DNA of 64,000 nucleotides, from contig CALVOK010000016.1 in assembly GCA_944350275.1 (NCBI GenBank), positions 10,894 to 74,893 on the forward strand, written 5' to 3'. Below the pieces are notes generated by a model. That model saw only the letters and a program-made list of their open reading frames with translations. It was not told where the DNA came from and did no database searches. Every line of letters begins with the position of its first letter. Within the stretch, counting starts at the first letter, position 1. Source of the stretch: an uncultured Clostridia bacterium (GTDB lineage Bacteria > Bacillota > Clostridia > Christensenellales > UBA1242). Of the stretch, positions 40,539 to 50,089 are shown in pieces. Position numbers and translations under genes: made by a program.

Positions 40539-40547
40539 TTATCCACA
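40539..40547 (+). promoter_or_regulatory. DnaA box, perfect TTATCCACA
   Basis: Exact 9-mer consensus in the dnaA-dnaN spacer, same orientation as the 40452 box. Confidence 0.8.
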
Positions 40548-40620
40548 TTTACACTTTTTTAATTATTATTAGTATTATTTAATAAATAAAATAATAAATC
40601 AAATTCCGCCGAGTCTGAAA

Positions 40621-40740
40621 AAAATATAATAAAATAATTATTTATTTTTTATTTTAAATAAACAAAATAATAATTAAAGTTTTTAATAGGTAATAAATAA
40701 AAAAAATAAAAATAAATATTAATTTTAATAAATTAAGTTG
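40621..40740. other. probable DNA unwinding element of oriC
   Basis: I count only 6 G/C in these 120 nt. The stretch lies immediately downstream of the DnaA boxes and upstream of dnaN, the position of the DUE in Bacillus-type origins. Confidence 0.6.
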
Positions 40741-40757
40741 ATTAAAATAAATAAAAG

Positions 40758-40766
40758 TGATATAAT
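40758..40766 (+). promoter_or_regulatory. extended -10 promoter for dnaN
   Basis: TGaTATAAT, followed by SD TAGGAG and ATG 40790. Confidence 0.4.
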
Positions 40767-40789
40767 TATAAAGAAATTAGGAGAAAATT

Positions 40790-41890
40790 ATGATTGTTAG
40801 TTGTCAAGGTCTTGAACTTTCAGAAGGTTTACTTAGAGTTAGTAAAGCCATATCAAACAAAATTGCAAATCCTATTTTAGAGGGTATAAAAATTATTGCA
40901 GAAGATGATACATTGATTATGTCGGCGACTGATACTGAACTTACCATTGAAAAGAAAATTAGGGCAGAGGTCAAACAGGAAGGAGAAACAGTTGTTCCTG
41001 GTAGGTTTATCACAGAGTTTGTAAAAAAACTTACAAATACAATGATACAACTTGAAGTAAATGATAAAAATCAATTAATTATAAAATATGATGATAGTGA
41101 AAGTATAATTCAATGCTATAATCCTATTGAATACCCAGGATTTAAAAATGTTGAAAGTGAAGAGTACTTTGGTATATCTCAAAGAGACTTTAGGACTTGT
41201 GTCAATAAAAGCATTTTTTCTGTTGCTACTGACGATTCAAGACCTATTTTAAAAGGTGTTTTGTTTGATATTGATGGAAATGAAATAAATGTTGTAGCAC
41301 TTGATGGATATAGGTTAGCGCGAGTTAAAAAGCCTATCAAATCAAGTATAAAGAAGTCAATAGTTGTTCCTTCAAGAAGTTTAAATGAACTTAGTAAAAT
41401 GATAGAGGATAGTGACGATATAATAAATATTTATGTTGGTGGTTATACCATCATGGCTGACCTTGGAGATACTAAGGTAACATCAAGATTACTGGAAGGT
41501 GATTATATAAACTATAAACAAATAATTCCTGTAAACTTTGAGACCTTTGTGATTGCCAACAAAGAACAAATTGAGCAAGCATTAGAGAGGGCAACTTTAT
41601 TATTAAGGGTTAGAAATAATAATTTTGTGAAATTTGATATAAAAGAAAATAATCTTTGTATAACATCTAACTCTGAACTAGGTAATTTAAAAGAAAACAT
41701 ACCTGTTACAGTTTCTGGAAAAGATTTGGTTATATCATTTAACCCAAGGTATTTTCTTGAGAGTTTAAGGGTAAATACTAATGAATTTATTAAAATTTGT
41801 TTTAATAGTTCATCTACACCGTGTGTAATTGTACCAACTGAAGAGGACGAATTTTTGTATTTAATTTTGCCTGTGAGAATTATAGGTTAA
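40790..41890 (+). CDS. dnaN: DNA polymerase III beta sliding clamp
   Basis: 366 aa, three-domain clamp pattern, conserved segments (PILEGIKI, DSRPILKGVLF, ALDGYRLA, LILPVR), directly after dnaA/oriC. Confidence 0.95.
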   Translation: MIVSCQGLELSEGLLRVSKAISNKIANPILEGIKIIAEDDTLIMSATDTELTIEKKIRAEVKQEGETVVPGRFITEFVKKLTNTMIQLEVNDKNQLIIKYDDSESIIQCYNPIEYPGFKNVESEEYFGISQRDFRTCVNKSIFSVATDDSRPILKGVLFDIDGNEINVVALDGYRLARVKKPIKSSIKKSIVVPSRSLNELSKMIEDSDDIINIYVGGYTIMADLGDTKVTSRLLEGDYINYKQIIPVNFETFVIANKEQIEQALERATLLLRVRNNNFVKFDIKENNLCITSNSELGNLKENIPVTVSGKDLVISFNPRYFLESLRVNTNEFIKICFNSSSTPCVIVPTEEDEFLYLILPVRIIG

Positions 41891-41900
41891 ATTTTTAAAA

Positions 41901-41936
41901 AATAGTTAAATTATTTACGATTTAACTATTTTTTTA
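41901..41936 (+). terminator. rho-independent terminator after dnaN
   Basis: AATAGTTAAAT pairs with ATTTAACTATT, followed by a T7 run. Confidence 0.8.
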
Positions 41937-42032
41937 CAAAAATAAATTATAAAACAAAAATAAATTATAAAAAAATCATTTATAAAATTATAAATTAAAA
42001 ATTAAAATGGTTTAAAATAAAAAATACAAGGA

Positions 42033-42953
42033 TTAACCTAATAAAAATCCTTGTATTATTGTATTTTCGGCCTCTTCTTTTGAAAGTCCCAAAGTCATTA
42101 GTTTTATAAGTTCATCTCCTGCTATTTTACCTATAGCAGCCTCATGAACAAGAGAGGCATTTGAGTCTATAGCATCTATCATAGGTGTTGAGACTATTCG
42201 AGCACTATCAAGTATTATACCATCGCATTCAACATGACCGAAACATTGATTTTTTCCAATTAGGTTTGATCTAAATTCTTGATAAGAATTATTTTTTGCA
42301 ACACTATGGCTTACAACCTCAATACTTGAGTTTTTTCCAATTAAATCAACCTTAAAAATAGTTTTTGCTGATTGAGAGTCTGTGGTTAAAATATTTTCTT
42401 GGATGTGAAGAGTTGCTCCATCATACAACTTGGCATTTGTTTTTCTAATAGTCGAAGTTACACCTTCAAGTTGAAGAGTTTCCATTTCCATATAAGAATT
42501 TTTATTCATTATAATTTTTGTTACTGGATTTAAAATTTTACCACCAGAGCCATTTCCTTCTCCAACGTGTTTTTCAATGTATTTAACTCTTGCATTTTCT
42601 TCTATGTGAAAAGTATGAATTCCATCATGTTGACTTGTATTACAGGTTTTATTATGAATGCCACATCCTGCAACAATAACAACATCGGCATCATGTCCAA
42701 TATAAAAATCATTGTATACAAGGTCATGTAATCCGCCAACAGTGATAATAACAGGAATGTGAACACTTTTATTTTTTACATTAGGTTTTACTATGATATC
42801 TATACCACTTTTATTTTTTTTAGAAATTATTTCTATATCTTTAGTAGTGTTTCTCATGTTTGATTCTCCGTTTTTTCGCAAATTGAAAGCACCACTAGGT
42901 ATTTTGTGTAAATCCGCTATCTTTTCTAGTAATTTTTGTTCAATATTATTCAT
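42033..42953 (-). CDS. SufB/SufD-family Fe-S cluster assembly scaffold protein
   Basis: Beta-helix-type repeat sequence and a C-terminal HEAAIGKIAGDELIKLMTLGLSKEEAENTIIQGF resembling SufB/SufD. Overlaps the upstream sufC by 8 nt. Confidence 0.8.
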   Translation of the reverse strand: MNNIEQKLLEKIADLHKIPSGAFNLRKNGESNMRNTTKDIEIISKKNKSGIDIIVKPNVKNKSVHIPVIITVGGLHDLVYNDFYIGHDADVVIVAGCGIHNKTCNTSQHDGIHTFHIEENARVKYIEKHVGEGNGSGGKILNPVTKIIMNKNSYMEMETLQLEGVTSTIRKTNAKLYDGATLHIQENILTTDSQSAKTIFKVDLIGKNSSIEVVSHSVAKNNSYQEFRSNLIGKNQCFGHVECDGIILDSARIVSTPMIDAIDSNASLVHEAAIGKIAGDELIKLMTLGLSKEEAENTIIQGFLLG

Positions 42954-43659
42954 TTTTACCTCTTAATTTATGACAAGTTTTATTTTCTATAAAAGGGAGA
43001 ATTTCTTTTAAAGAACCTTGTTTTTCTATGTTACCATCTTTGAGAAGAATTATTTCGTCTGCAATTTCTAAAATTTTCTTTTGATGACTTACAATAATGT
43101 TACAACTCTTTTTAAGAGAAGAAAATATTTTTGTAAGTTGTTCAAAACTCCAAAGGTCAATGCCGGCTTCTGGTTCGTCAAAAATATTTAGTTTGGTTTT
43201 ACGAGATAGAACCATAGCAAGTTCAATTCGTTTTAATTCTCCACCAGACAATTTATCATCAAGAGAGCGATTTATATAATCTTTTGCACAAAGACCTACC
43301 ATGGAAAGATAATCACAGAGTTGATCAACACTATTTTTTTTACCAGATGCAATGTCAAGTAAATCTCTAACCTTTAAACCTTTAAAAGTAATAGGTTGTT
43401 GAAAAGCATAACTTATTCCTAAATCCACTCTTTCATTTATAGGAAGTGAAGTTATGTTTTTGTGGTTAAAGTATATTTGTCCTTCTGTTACATTTAAAAT
43501 ACCCACTATAAGTTTTACAAGTGTAGATTTTCCACTACCATTTGGACCTGTGATTACATATGTTTTATTTTCTTCAAAAGTAACATTTATTTTATTTAAT
43601 ATGTCTTTTTGATTTTTATCTTCATCTATTTTATAACTTAAATTTTTTATTTCCAACAT
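42946..43659 (-). CDS. sufC: Fe-S cluster assembly ATPase SufC
   Basis: ABC ATPase motifs: Walker A GPNGSGKST, signature LSGGELKR, Walker B LNIFDEPE. Paired with the SufB/D-like gene. Confidence 0.85.
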   Translation of the reverse strand: MLEIKNLSYKIDEDKNQKDILNKINVTFEENKTYVITGPNGSGKSTLVKLIVGILNVTEGQIYFNHKNITSLPINERVDLGISYAFQQPITFKGLKVRDLLDIASGKKNSVDQLCDYLSMVGLCAKDYINRSLDDKLSGGELKRIELAMVLSRKTKLNIFDEPEAGIDLWSFEQLTKIFSSLKKSCNIIVSHQKKILEIADEIILLKDGNIEKQGSLKEILPFIENKTCHKLRGKNE

Positions 43660-43665
43660 ACAATT

Positions 43666-43694
43666 ATTATAACATAGTAAATTTTTATTGTCAA
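43666..43694 (-). promoter_or_regulatory. consensus sigma-A promoter placed for a leaderless sufC transcript
   Basis: On the minus strand: TTGACA (43689-43694), 17 nt including TGt, TATAAT (43666-43671), 6 nt (AATTGT), then ATG at 43659. No SD. Confidence 0.6.
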
Positions 43695-43750
43695 ATAACT
43701 AATTATCATTAAAAAAATCGACTGATATAAAATAAAAAACTAATTTACTA

Positions 43751-43779
43751 TTGATTTTTGATTGATTGTAGTGTATAAT
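43751..43779 (+). promoter_or_regulatory. candidate promoter with ~130-nt leader for the DUF4116 gene
   Basis: TTGATT (43751-43756), 17 nt ending in TG, TATAAT (43774-43779). ATG at 43919. Confidence 0.4.
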
Positions 43780-43918
43780 GTAAGCAGTAAGATACTAAAA
43801 ATTTGGGATATGACTACAAATTTGTGTGCTCTTCATACATATCACAACACAATAATTAGTTTCACAACTTCAGAAAAATTTAAATTTTGGTAGTGTAAAA
43901 CATATAAGGGAGAGAAAA

Positions 43919-44764
43919 ATGAATTTTATAACAGAAAATATAAAAAAATGTGTATTAAAAAATGTATCTTTAAATGGATTAAATTTAGCACAAGTAAAAC
44001 CTAAATTTAAAAATAATACTGAAGTTGTAACTATTGCTGTAAAACAAAATGTTGAGGCAATAAACTTTGCTAGTGAAACACTCAAAAATGACGAAAACTT
44101 TATATATTCTCTTGCAAGTATTAATTTAAGTGTTTTAAAAGTGTTACAAAATAATGTGGCAATAAAAGTATTAGACAGAATAAAGAAAGAGAAAAATATC
44201 AAAATTATTACAGATAAACTTTACAATACAAAAATAATTCTTGATAGTCTTGACAAAATAAAATGGGCATTAAATTTTGAAAATGGACTTGAAATTTTAT
44301 CCAAAGCAACAGAAGAAATGAGAGATAATAAAAATGTTGTTATGATGTGTGTAAAAAGTGTAGGACAGGCACTTTATTATGCCTCAGATAGATTAAAAAA
44401 TGATAGTGATATTGTTTTAGAAGCAGTAAAAAATGATGGACTAAGTCTTTCTTCTACAAGTAAAGAGTTAAGGGATAGAGAAGAAATAGTAAAACAAGCA
44501 CTCCAGAATAATGCTTATGCTCTTCGATTTGCTAGTGACAGGCTAAAAAATGATAGGGATTTAGTGTTCTATGCCTGTGTGAAGGAACCATTTACAATTA
44601 TAAATGCATCAAGTCAGTTAAGAAATGATATTGATTTTATATGTGAGATTGCAAGGAAAAATAGTTTAGTTCTTAACAAAATACCGAGAGATACTTATAG
44701 ATTAGTAATAGCAAAACTTCAAAAAGACGAAAATTGGGAAGAGATAATATCAAAGGTAAAATAA
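43919..44764 (+). CDS. DUF4116 repeat protein
   Basis: Tandem ~30-aa repeats of the type A(L/V)xxxxxALxYASxxLKND(x)D(I/L)V (e.g. ALYYASDRLKNDSDIVLEAVKNDG, ALRFASDRLKNDRDLVFYAC). SD GGGAGAG upstream. Confidence 0.75.
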   Translation: MNFITENIKKCVLKNVSLNGLNLAQVKPKFKNNTEVVTIAVKQNVEAINFASETLKNDENFIYSLASINLSVLKVLQNNVAIKVLDRIKKEKNIKIITDKLYNTKIILDSLDKIKWALNFENGLEILSKATEEMRDNKNVVMMCVKSVGQALYYASDRLKNDSDIVLEAVKNDGLSLSSTSKELRDREEIVKQALQNNAYALRFASDRLKNDRDLVFYACVKEPFTIINASSQLRNDIDFICEIARKNSLVLNKIPRDTYRLVIAKLQKDENWEEIISKVK

Positions 44765-44796
44765 AAACATATTGAGATATAATCAATATGTTTTTT
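44764..44796. terminator. bidirectional terminator between convergent genes
   Basis: AAAACATATTGA pairs with TCAATATGTTTT around a 7-nt loop, with a T-run downstream and an A-run upstream. Confidence 0.75.
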
Positions 44797-44805
44797 AGTT
44801 TATTT

Positions 44806-45258
44806 TTATTCTTGTGTTTCAGTAGATAATTCAGGATAAATAAGAGAAATTAGGTCTGTAGATAGATTAAATCTATAATTATAGTTGTTGACAGAACATG
44901 TTATTACTATTGGAGAGAGATTGTAATCTTCTATAGTTATTTCATCGAGATTAAATGTATAACTATATGCTGTTACGTTGCTTGAGTCATTATAATAATC
45001 TTCAATTTCAACGGCAGTTGTTTCAAGATTTTCTTCCCCATATTTTGCACTAATACTTGATGGCTCAGCAACAAATATTACGGTTATTGATTGTAAATTT
45101 TCATTGGTAGTTGTGGTTTCAACACTGTCTACAATCCCATTAAGTGAAGTAACGTCAGTTATAGTATTATCTCCACATCCAACAAATATAAAACTGGTAA
45201 TAATAAGTAAAAATGCAAATATTGTAAAAATTAATGATTTTGATTTTGTAGTTGACAT
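44806..45258 (-). CDS. lipoprotein, function unknown
   Basis: Signal peptide with lipobox (LLIITSFIFVGC|GDN). Confidence 0.65.
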   Translation of the reverse strand: MSTTKSKSLIFTIFAFLLIITSFIFVGCGDNTITDVTSLNGIVDSVETTTTNENLQSITVIFVAEPSSISAKYGEENLETTAVEIEDYYNDSSNVTAYSYTFNLDEITIEDYNLSPIVITCSVNNYNYRFNLSTDLISLIYPELSTETQE

Positions 45259-45349
45259 AGTTTATTCCTTTTAATTAAAATTTTCATTATAAGTTTAACA
45301 GAATTATTAAAATAAATCAAGAAAAATTATAAAAATATTTTGAATGATG

Positions 45350-45379
45350 TTGTAAAAAAATGTTTATCTGTGGTATTAT
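45350..45379 (+). promoter_or_regulatory. extended -10 promoter placed for a leaderless recF transcript
   Basis: TTGTAA (45350-45355), 18 nt ending in TGg, TATTAT (45374-45379), 6 nt, then ATG 45386. No SD. Confidence 0.45.
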
Positions 45380-45385
45380 ATCTAT

Positions 45386-46444
45386 ATGATTATTAATAGT
45401 TTAAAACTTGTTAATTACAGAAATTATGATAATTTTACATTTAAGTTTGATAAAGGTATTAATGTTTTAGTTGGAAAAAATGCTCAAGGTAAAACAAATA
45501 TTATTGAGGCAATCTTTTATGCTGTAATTGGAAGAAGTTTTAAAACATCTAAAGATAAAGACATTATAAAATGGGGAGAAAATAGGGCATATTTATGTGG
45601 AGAATTTTCAAAAAAATATAGGGATGAAAAGATAGAAATATTTTTTGACGAAAACAAGAAAAAGACAATTAAAGTAGACGAAATTGCAATTCATAAGATT
45701 GGTGAGTTAATGGGAGTTACTAATGCTGTATTTTTTTCACCTGATGAGTTAAAACTTGTAAAAGAGAGTCCAGAAGAGAGAAGAAGATTTATGAATATTG
45801 ATATATCACAGACAGATAAGAGATATTTTTACATGATAGGAAGGTATGAAAAAGTACTTGCAAGCAGAAATAAACTTTTAAAGAGTACAAGCGATATAAA
45901 TGTTATAAAAGAAACAATTGATATATGGGATAGGGCACTATCAGAACTTGCAGAAAAAATTTACATTGAGAGGAAAAAATTTATTGACGAACTCTCTCCA
46001 TTTGCAAAACTTGCTCATCAATATATTTCAGGAGGCAAGGAAAATTTAGAAATAAAATATATATCATCTTTTGATGGTAGTTATAGTGACAAAATGGCTA
46101 AATATCTTGCGAAAAATTTAGAGAAGGATTTTAGATTAGGATACACAACTGTTGGAGTACATAGAGATGAACTTGATATATATTTAAATGGAACAGAAGT
46201 AAAAAATTTTGGTTCGCAGGGACAACAACGCACTGTTGCTCTTTCAATGAAACTTGCAGAACTTGAAATAATTAAAAATAGAGTTGGAGAATATCCAATT
46301 TTGCTTCTTGATGATGTTTTTAGTGAACTTGATAAAGATAGACGAAAGAGGCTATTGAATTTTACATCAAAGACACAAACTATAATTACTTGTACAGACA
46401 TCAGTGACAATATTGAAGGAAGAATAATAAGAATTGGAATGTAA
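45386..46444 (+). CDS. recF: DNA replication and repair protein RecF
   Basis: N-terminal LKLVNYRNY, Walker A GKNAQGKTNIIEAI, signature FGSQGQQRT, Walker B LLLDDVFSELD. Confidence 0.92.
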   Translation: MIINSLKLVNYRNYDNFTFKFDKGINVLVGKNAQGKTNIIEAIFYAVIGRSFKTSKDKDIIKWGENRAYLCGEFSKKYRDEKIEIFFDENKKKTIKVDEIAIHKIGELMGVTNAVFFSPDELKLVKESPEERRRFMNIDISQTDKRYFYMIGRYEKVLASRNKLLKSTSDINVIKETIDIWDRALSELAEKIYIERKKFIDELSPFAKLAHQYISGGKENLEIKYISSFDGSYSDKMAKYLAKNLEKDFRLGYTTVGVHRDELDIYLNGTEVKNFGSQGQQRTVALSMKLAELEIIKNRVGEYPILLLDDVFSELDKDRRKRLLNFTSKTQTIITCTDISDNIEGRIIRIGM

Positions 46445-46508
46445 TTATTAAAAAACATTTTGAAAAAGAGATAAAAAATAATATAATTATAATAAAGGAG
46501 TAAATATT

Positions 46509-46931
46509 ATGTTGTATGATGAAATAAAAAAAGCAAATGTTCAAGCGATGAAAGATAAGGATACTACAGCGAGAAGTTTTTATAGTGTTCTCTTAAACAA
46601 AATAATGATTGAAAATATAAATAAAAGAGAGAAAGGTGAACAAATAGTTGATAATGATATTTTTGTAATTATTCAAAAAACAATTAAAGAACTTGAGGAT
46701 GAAAAAACAAATTATCAAAAAGTAGGAAATAAAGAAGAGGTAAACAACATTACAAGACAAATTGAAATAGCAGAAAAATATTTACCTAAGCAACTTACAA
46801 AAGATGAAATATCAAATATAATTTCTAAACTTGACGATAAAAGCATTCCTAGTGTTATGAAATATTTCAAACAAAACTACAATGGACAATGTGATATGAG
46901 ACTTGTTCAAGAGGTTTTAAAAAACTTATAA
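46509..46931 (+). CDS. GatB/YqeY domain protein
   Basis: 140 aa with the N-terminal pattern …IKKANVQAMKDKDTTARSFYSVLLNKI… and the C-terminal MRLVQEVLKN, typical of YqeY-like proteins. Confidence 0.75.
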   Translation: MLYDEIKKANVQAMKDKDTTARSFYSVLLNKIMIENINKREKGEQIVDNDIFVIIQKTIKELEDEKTNYQKVGNKEEVNNITRQIEIAEKYLPKQLTKDEISNIISKLDDKSIPSVMKYFKQNYNGQCDMRLVQEVLKNL

Positions 46932-47623
46932 TGAGGATTTTTGCAATAAGTGATCTTCACCTTTCAATAAATAATCCAAAACCTATGGATATATTTGGTC
47001 CTGTATGGGAAGGATATATTGATAAAATAATTTCTGATTGGAAAGAAAAAGTAAATGAAGATGATGTTGTTTTACTGGCAGGAGATTTTTCTTGGGCAAT
47101 GAAACTTGAAAATACCGTGCAAGATTTTAATATTCTTAAAAATTTACCCGGTAAAAAAGTTATCATAAGGGGAAATCATGACTATTGGTGGAAATCTATC
47201 TCCGCTGTTCGTGGAATATTACCCAAAAATTTTTATGCTATTCAAAATGATGCGATAAAATTCAATAATATTATCATCTGTGGAACAAGAGGCTGGATGG
47301 TATCTGAAAGGAATGCAGAAGTGACAGAGGAAAACAAAAAAATATTTAGCAGGGAAGTTATCAGACTTGAACTCACATTAAAAGAGGCTCAAAAACTCAA
47401 ACAAGAGGGCGACAAAGTTATCTGCATGATGCATTATCCACCAACGAACTTTGCAAGAGATGATAGTGGGTTTACCAATTTAATTGAACAATACAACGTT
47501 GACTGTGTTGTCTTTGGACATATTCATGGCAAGAAAATTAATACAAAATTTATAAAGAATGGTATTCCTTATTATTTAACCTCATGCGATATAGTGGGAA
47601 ATAAACTTATAGAAATTATTTAG
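46931..47623 (+). CDS. metallophosphoesterase (calcineurin-like)
   Basis: Motifs SDLH, GDFSW, GNHDYWW, and GHIHG. Confidence 0.8.
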   Translation: MRIFAISDLHLSINNPKPMDIFGPVWEGYIDKIISDWKEKVNEDDVVLLAGDFSWAMKLENTVQDFNILKNLPGKKVIIRGNHDYWWKSISAVRGILPKNFYAIQNDAIKFNNIIICGTRGWMVSERNAEVTEENKKIFSREVIRLELTLKEAQKLKQEGDKVICMMHYPPTNFARDDSGFTNLIEQYNVDCVVFGHIHGKKINTKFIKNGIPYYLTSCDIVGNKLIEII

Positions 47624-47754
47624 AAAATTAATTATCATTTATGAGATTTTTGTATTAAATTAATTCTTTAAGATAATAACTATAAAAGAAATGTTATCTT
47701 TTATTTGACAAAAAAGAAAAAGTATTGTAAACTACTAAAGTTACGGAGATAATT

Positions 47755-49191
47755 ATGAAAGTTGCTTTTAATTTAAAAAAGAATATACTAAAAATTTTTA
47801 TACTAATCTTTTGTGTTGCACTATTTCTAACAGGCTGTGCAACTGTTTCTGACGTAAAAGATAAAAACGGAAACAATATATATTTTAATGACATTACCTA
47901 TTTCCAAGGTCAAATTGCTATAGTTGGTGACTACCTTTATTATGGAAATAGTTACACTGCGTCTGATGCCGAAAATTTTGATTATCATTCTGCAGAAGAA
48001 ACAGGATATCTTGGGAGATTGAATTTATCTAATATTTCCTATAGCACAAAAGAAGACGAGGATGGTTATGTAAATCCTAGTCCTATTGGAACGGAATGGG
48101 TCAACGGACGTTTTGTCGGTTTTCAAAATCAATATATGTTTGCTCTTGGTGAATACCTATATTTTACATCTGCAAATGCTCATAGTACATCTTCAGGTGA
48201 AATAGATTACACTCAAATATCTCTTTTTAGAATAAAATTTAATGGGGACGGTTTTGAGGAATTAAATGGCACATCTGTTTTCAGATTTGACGAAAATTCT
48301 ATTTTAACAGCACAAAAAGGTTCTGACGGAAATAATTATATAATTTTATATGTACCTGCTGACGAAGATAGTTCATCTTACAATTTATATTCTATAAGAA
48401 TTGGAAATAGCATTGGAAGTGTTCAAACTCTTGCTGAAAATATAACTTCGGTTGCTATATGTGATAAAGATTCAATGGTAAAAAATATAATTTTCACAAC
48501 AGAATCTGAAAATGAAAATTATGATACCACAGCCGTTAAATCAGTTGACTTCGCGACAGGTGTGGTTAGTGAAAACAATCTAGAGGTACATGGTTCGGAA
48601 ACAATTTTACAAGGCAGAATTGGTGATATAGTTATTTACTATTATCAGAGCCAGGATATTCGTGGAATATTTTATAACGATTTATCTAAAGAGAATAATA
48701 ATTTGTTTAATGGGGGTAAGGAATTTTATATTACAAGTTCCTCAGATGACACGATTTCACAAATAAACAAGATAGATAATGGTTATATATTTATATCCGA
48801 CAGAAATGGTTCATTAATTTACAAACCTACACTTTCTCTAGTAGAAAATGGTACTAACTCTACACCTGTAAAAATATTAGAGTCAAGCGAATTTTCAGAT
48901 ATTTTATTTGTTGATGGTGATTATGTTTATTATTCCTATGAAACTGATAATTCAATTTGCCGAGTAAGTGTAAAAGATAAGCAAAAAGAAACTATTGTTA
49001 CTATGTCGAGTTTAATATCTGGACAATGTGGATTTGATGGAAATTATATCTATTACTATGCACAACTTGAAAACAATAGCAATGAAACCGAGGAGAGCGA
49101 TACAGAAATTACTGATACAAACTACTATTTATATAGAGTTGACACGACAGGAACAGGACAGCCACAACTTTTAAGTAAGGTTGAAAAATAA
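47755..49191 (+). CDS. lipoprotein with DUF5050-like Y-rich beta-propeller repeats (tentative)
   Basis: Lipobox LFLTGC|ATVS. Recurring GDYLYYGNS, GEYLYFTSA, GDYVYYSYE, GNYIYYYAQ and YYLYRVDTTG blades. Confidence 0.6.
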   Translation: MKVAFNLKKNILKIFILIFCVALFLTGCATVSDVKDKNGNNIYFNDITYFQGQIAIVGDYLYYGNSYTASDAENFDYHSAEETGYLGRLNLSNISYSTKEDEDGYVNPSPIGTEWVNGRFVGFQNQYMFALGEYLYFTSANAHSTSSGEIDYTQISLFRIKFNGDGFEELNGTSVFRFDENSILTAQKGSDGNNYIILYVPADEDSSSYNLYSIRIGNSIGSVQTLAENITSVAICDKDSMVKNIIFTTESENENYDTTAVKSVDFATGVVSENNLEVHGSETILQGRIGDIVIYYYQSQDIRGIFYNDLSKENNNLFNGGKEFYITSSSDDTISQINKIDNGYIFISDRNGSLIYKPTLSLVENGTNSTPVKILESSEFSDILFVDGDYVYYSYETDNSICRVSVKDKQKETIVTMSSLISGQCGFDGNYIYYYAQLENNSNETEESDTEITDTNYYLYRVDTTGTGQPQLLSKVEK

Positions 49192-49210
49192 TTTTATATA
49201 GTTTTTAACA

Positions 49211-49245
49211 AAAAGACAAATTCGAATTTGAATTTGTCTTTTATA
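49211..49245. terminator. hairpin between convergent genes
   Basis: AAAAGACAAATTC pairs with GAATTTGTCTTTT (13 bp). The U-tract lies partly inside the stem. Confidence 0.5.
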
Positions 49246-49404
49246 TTTTGTTTTCTATCCGCACATTATAAATATTATAGGACATAAAAATCATCATAAA
49301 ATTAAATATTTTGATAGAAGTTTATTTTTATAAATATAATGCTATTCAATTTTATTTTTTAACCTTGAAATGTTTATGTTAAAAATACAAGAAAATTAAT
49401 AAAT

Positions 49405-49929
49405 TTAGAATTTCTCTTCTTCCTCTATTTCGTAAATTGTTGAAAGTGGGCTATCTTCATTATAGCGGAGCTCAACTTTATTGGGTGAAATAAACATATC
49501 TATTCCTTTAGGGAAAAGACCTATTGCATCATCTTCATCCATTCCGTTTTTAATTGAAGAAAGTTCCATTGCGACAGCAAGAGTACCACCAGCAAAACCA
49601 TTTTCATCACTATAGAGATAAACAAAATTTTTGTTTTCAAGTTCTTTTTTTATAAGAGATGTTAATTTAATTTTAAGTCTACTTTTTTGTTCTTGGGTGA
49701 TATAAAAGTCTTTCTTTTTATTATAATCTTCTTTGACCTTAGCAAACAGATATATATTATGTAATTCTTCTAAAAATCGTCCTTCTTCCACAATTTTATT
49801 AAATTTGTCTCTTGTATAAGTCTTAAGTTCTTCCTCTGCCTGATAACTGGAGATTCTTTCCGTTGTGCCATCCATATAGTCAAGCCACCAGTCGACAGCC
49901 AGAGCAATCATTTTTTCTTGTTCCGTCAT
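49405..49929 (-). CDS. hypothetical cytoplasmic acidic protein (174 aa)
   Basis: SD AAAGGAAAA upstream. No recognisable motif. Confidence 0.55.
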   Translation of the reverse strand: MTEQEKMIALAVDWWLDYMDGTTERISSYQAEEELKTYTRDKFNKIVEEGRFLEELHNIYLFAKVKEDYNKKKDFYITQEQKSRLKIKLTSLIKKELENKNFVYLYSDENGFAGGTLAVAMELSSIKNGMDEDDAIGLFPKGIDMFISPNKVELRYNEDSPLSTIYEIEEEEKF

Positions 49930-50089
49930 AATTTTTTCCTTTTATGTTTATTACGATTTTATAATAGCATAAAACTTATCAAATGTCAATAACCTTGTTG
50001 ATGCGACTTTATATGATAAAATTTTACATATATATGTGTATTTTTTAAAAATTTAATATAGTAAGGTATAATTACATTTGGAGTATTAT

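Noticed and set aside
43870-44202. Antisense ORFs opposite DUF4116 (43870..44202), recF (46081..46458), the GNAT/carrier genes (54629..54892, 54867..55241, 55183..55371), the fibre-like gene (5948..6352), and similar cases
   Set aside because: All overlap stronger genes on the other strand and show the composition typical of AT-rich shadow frames.
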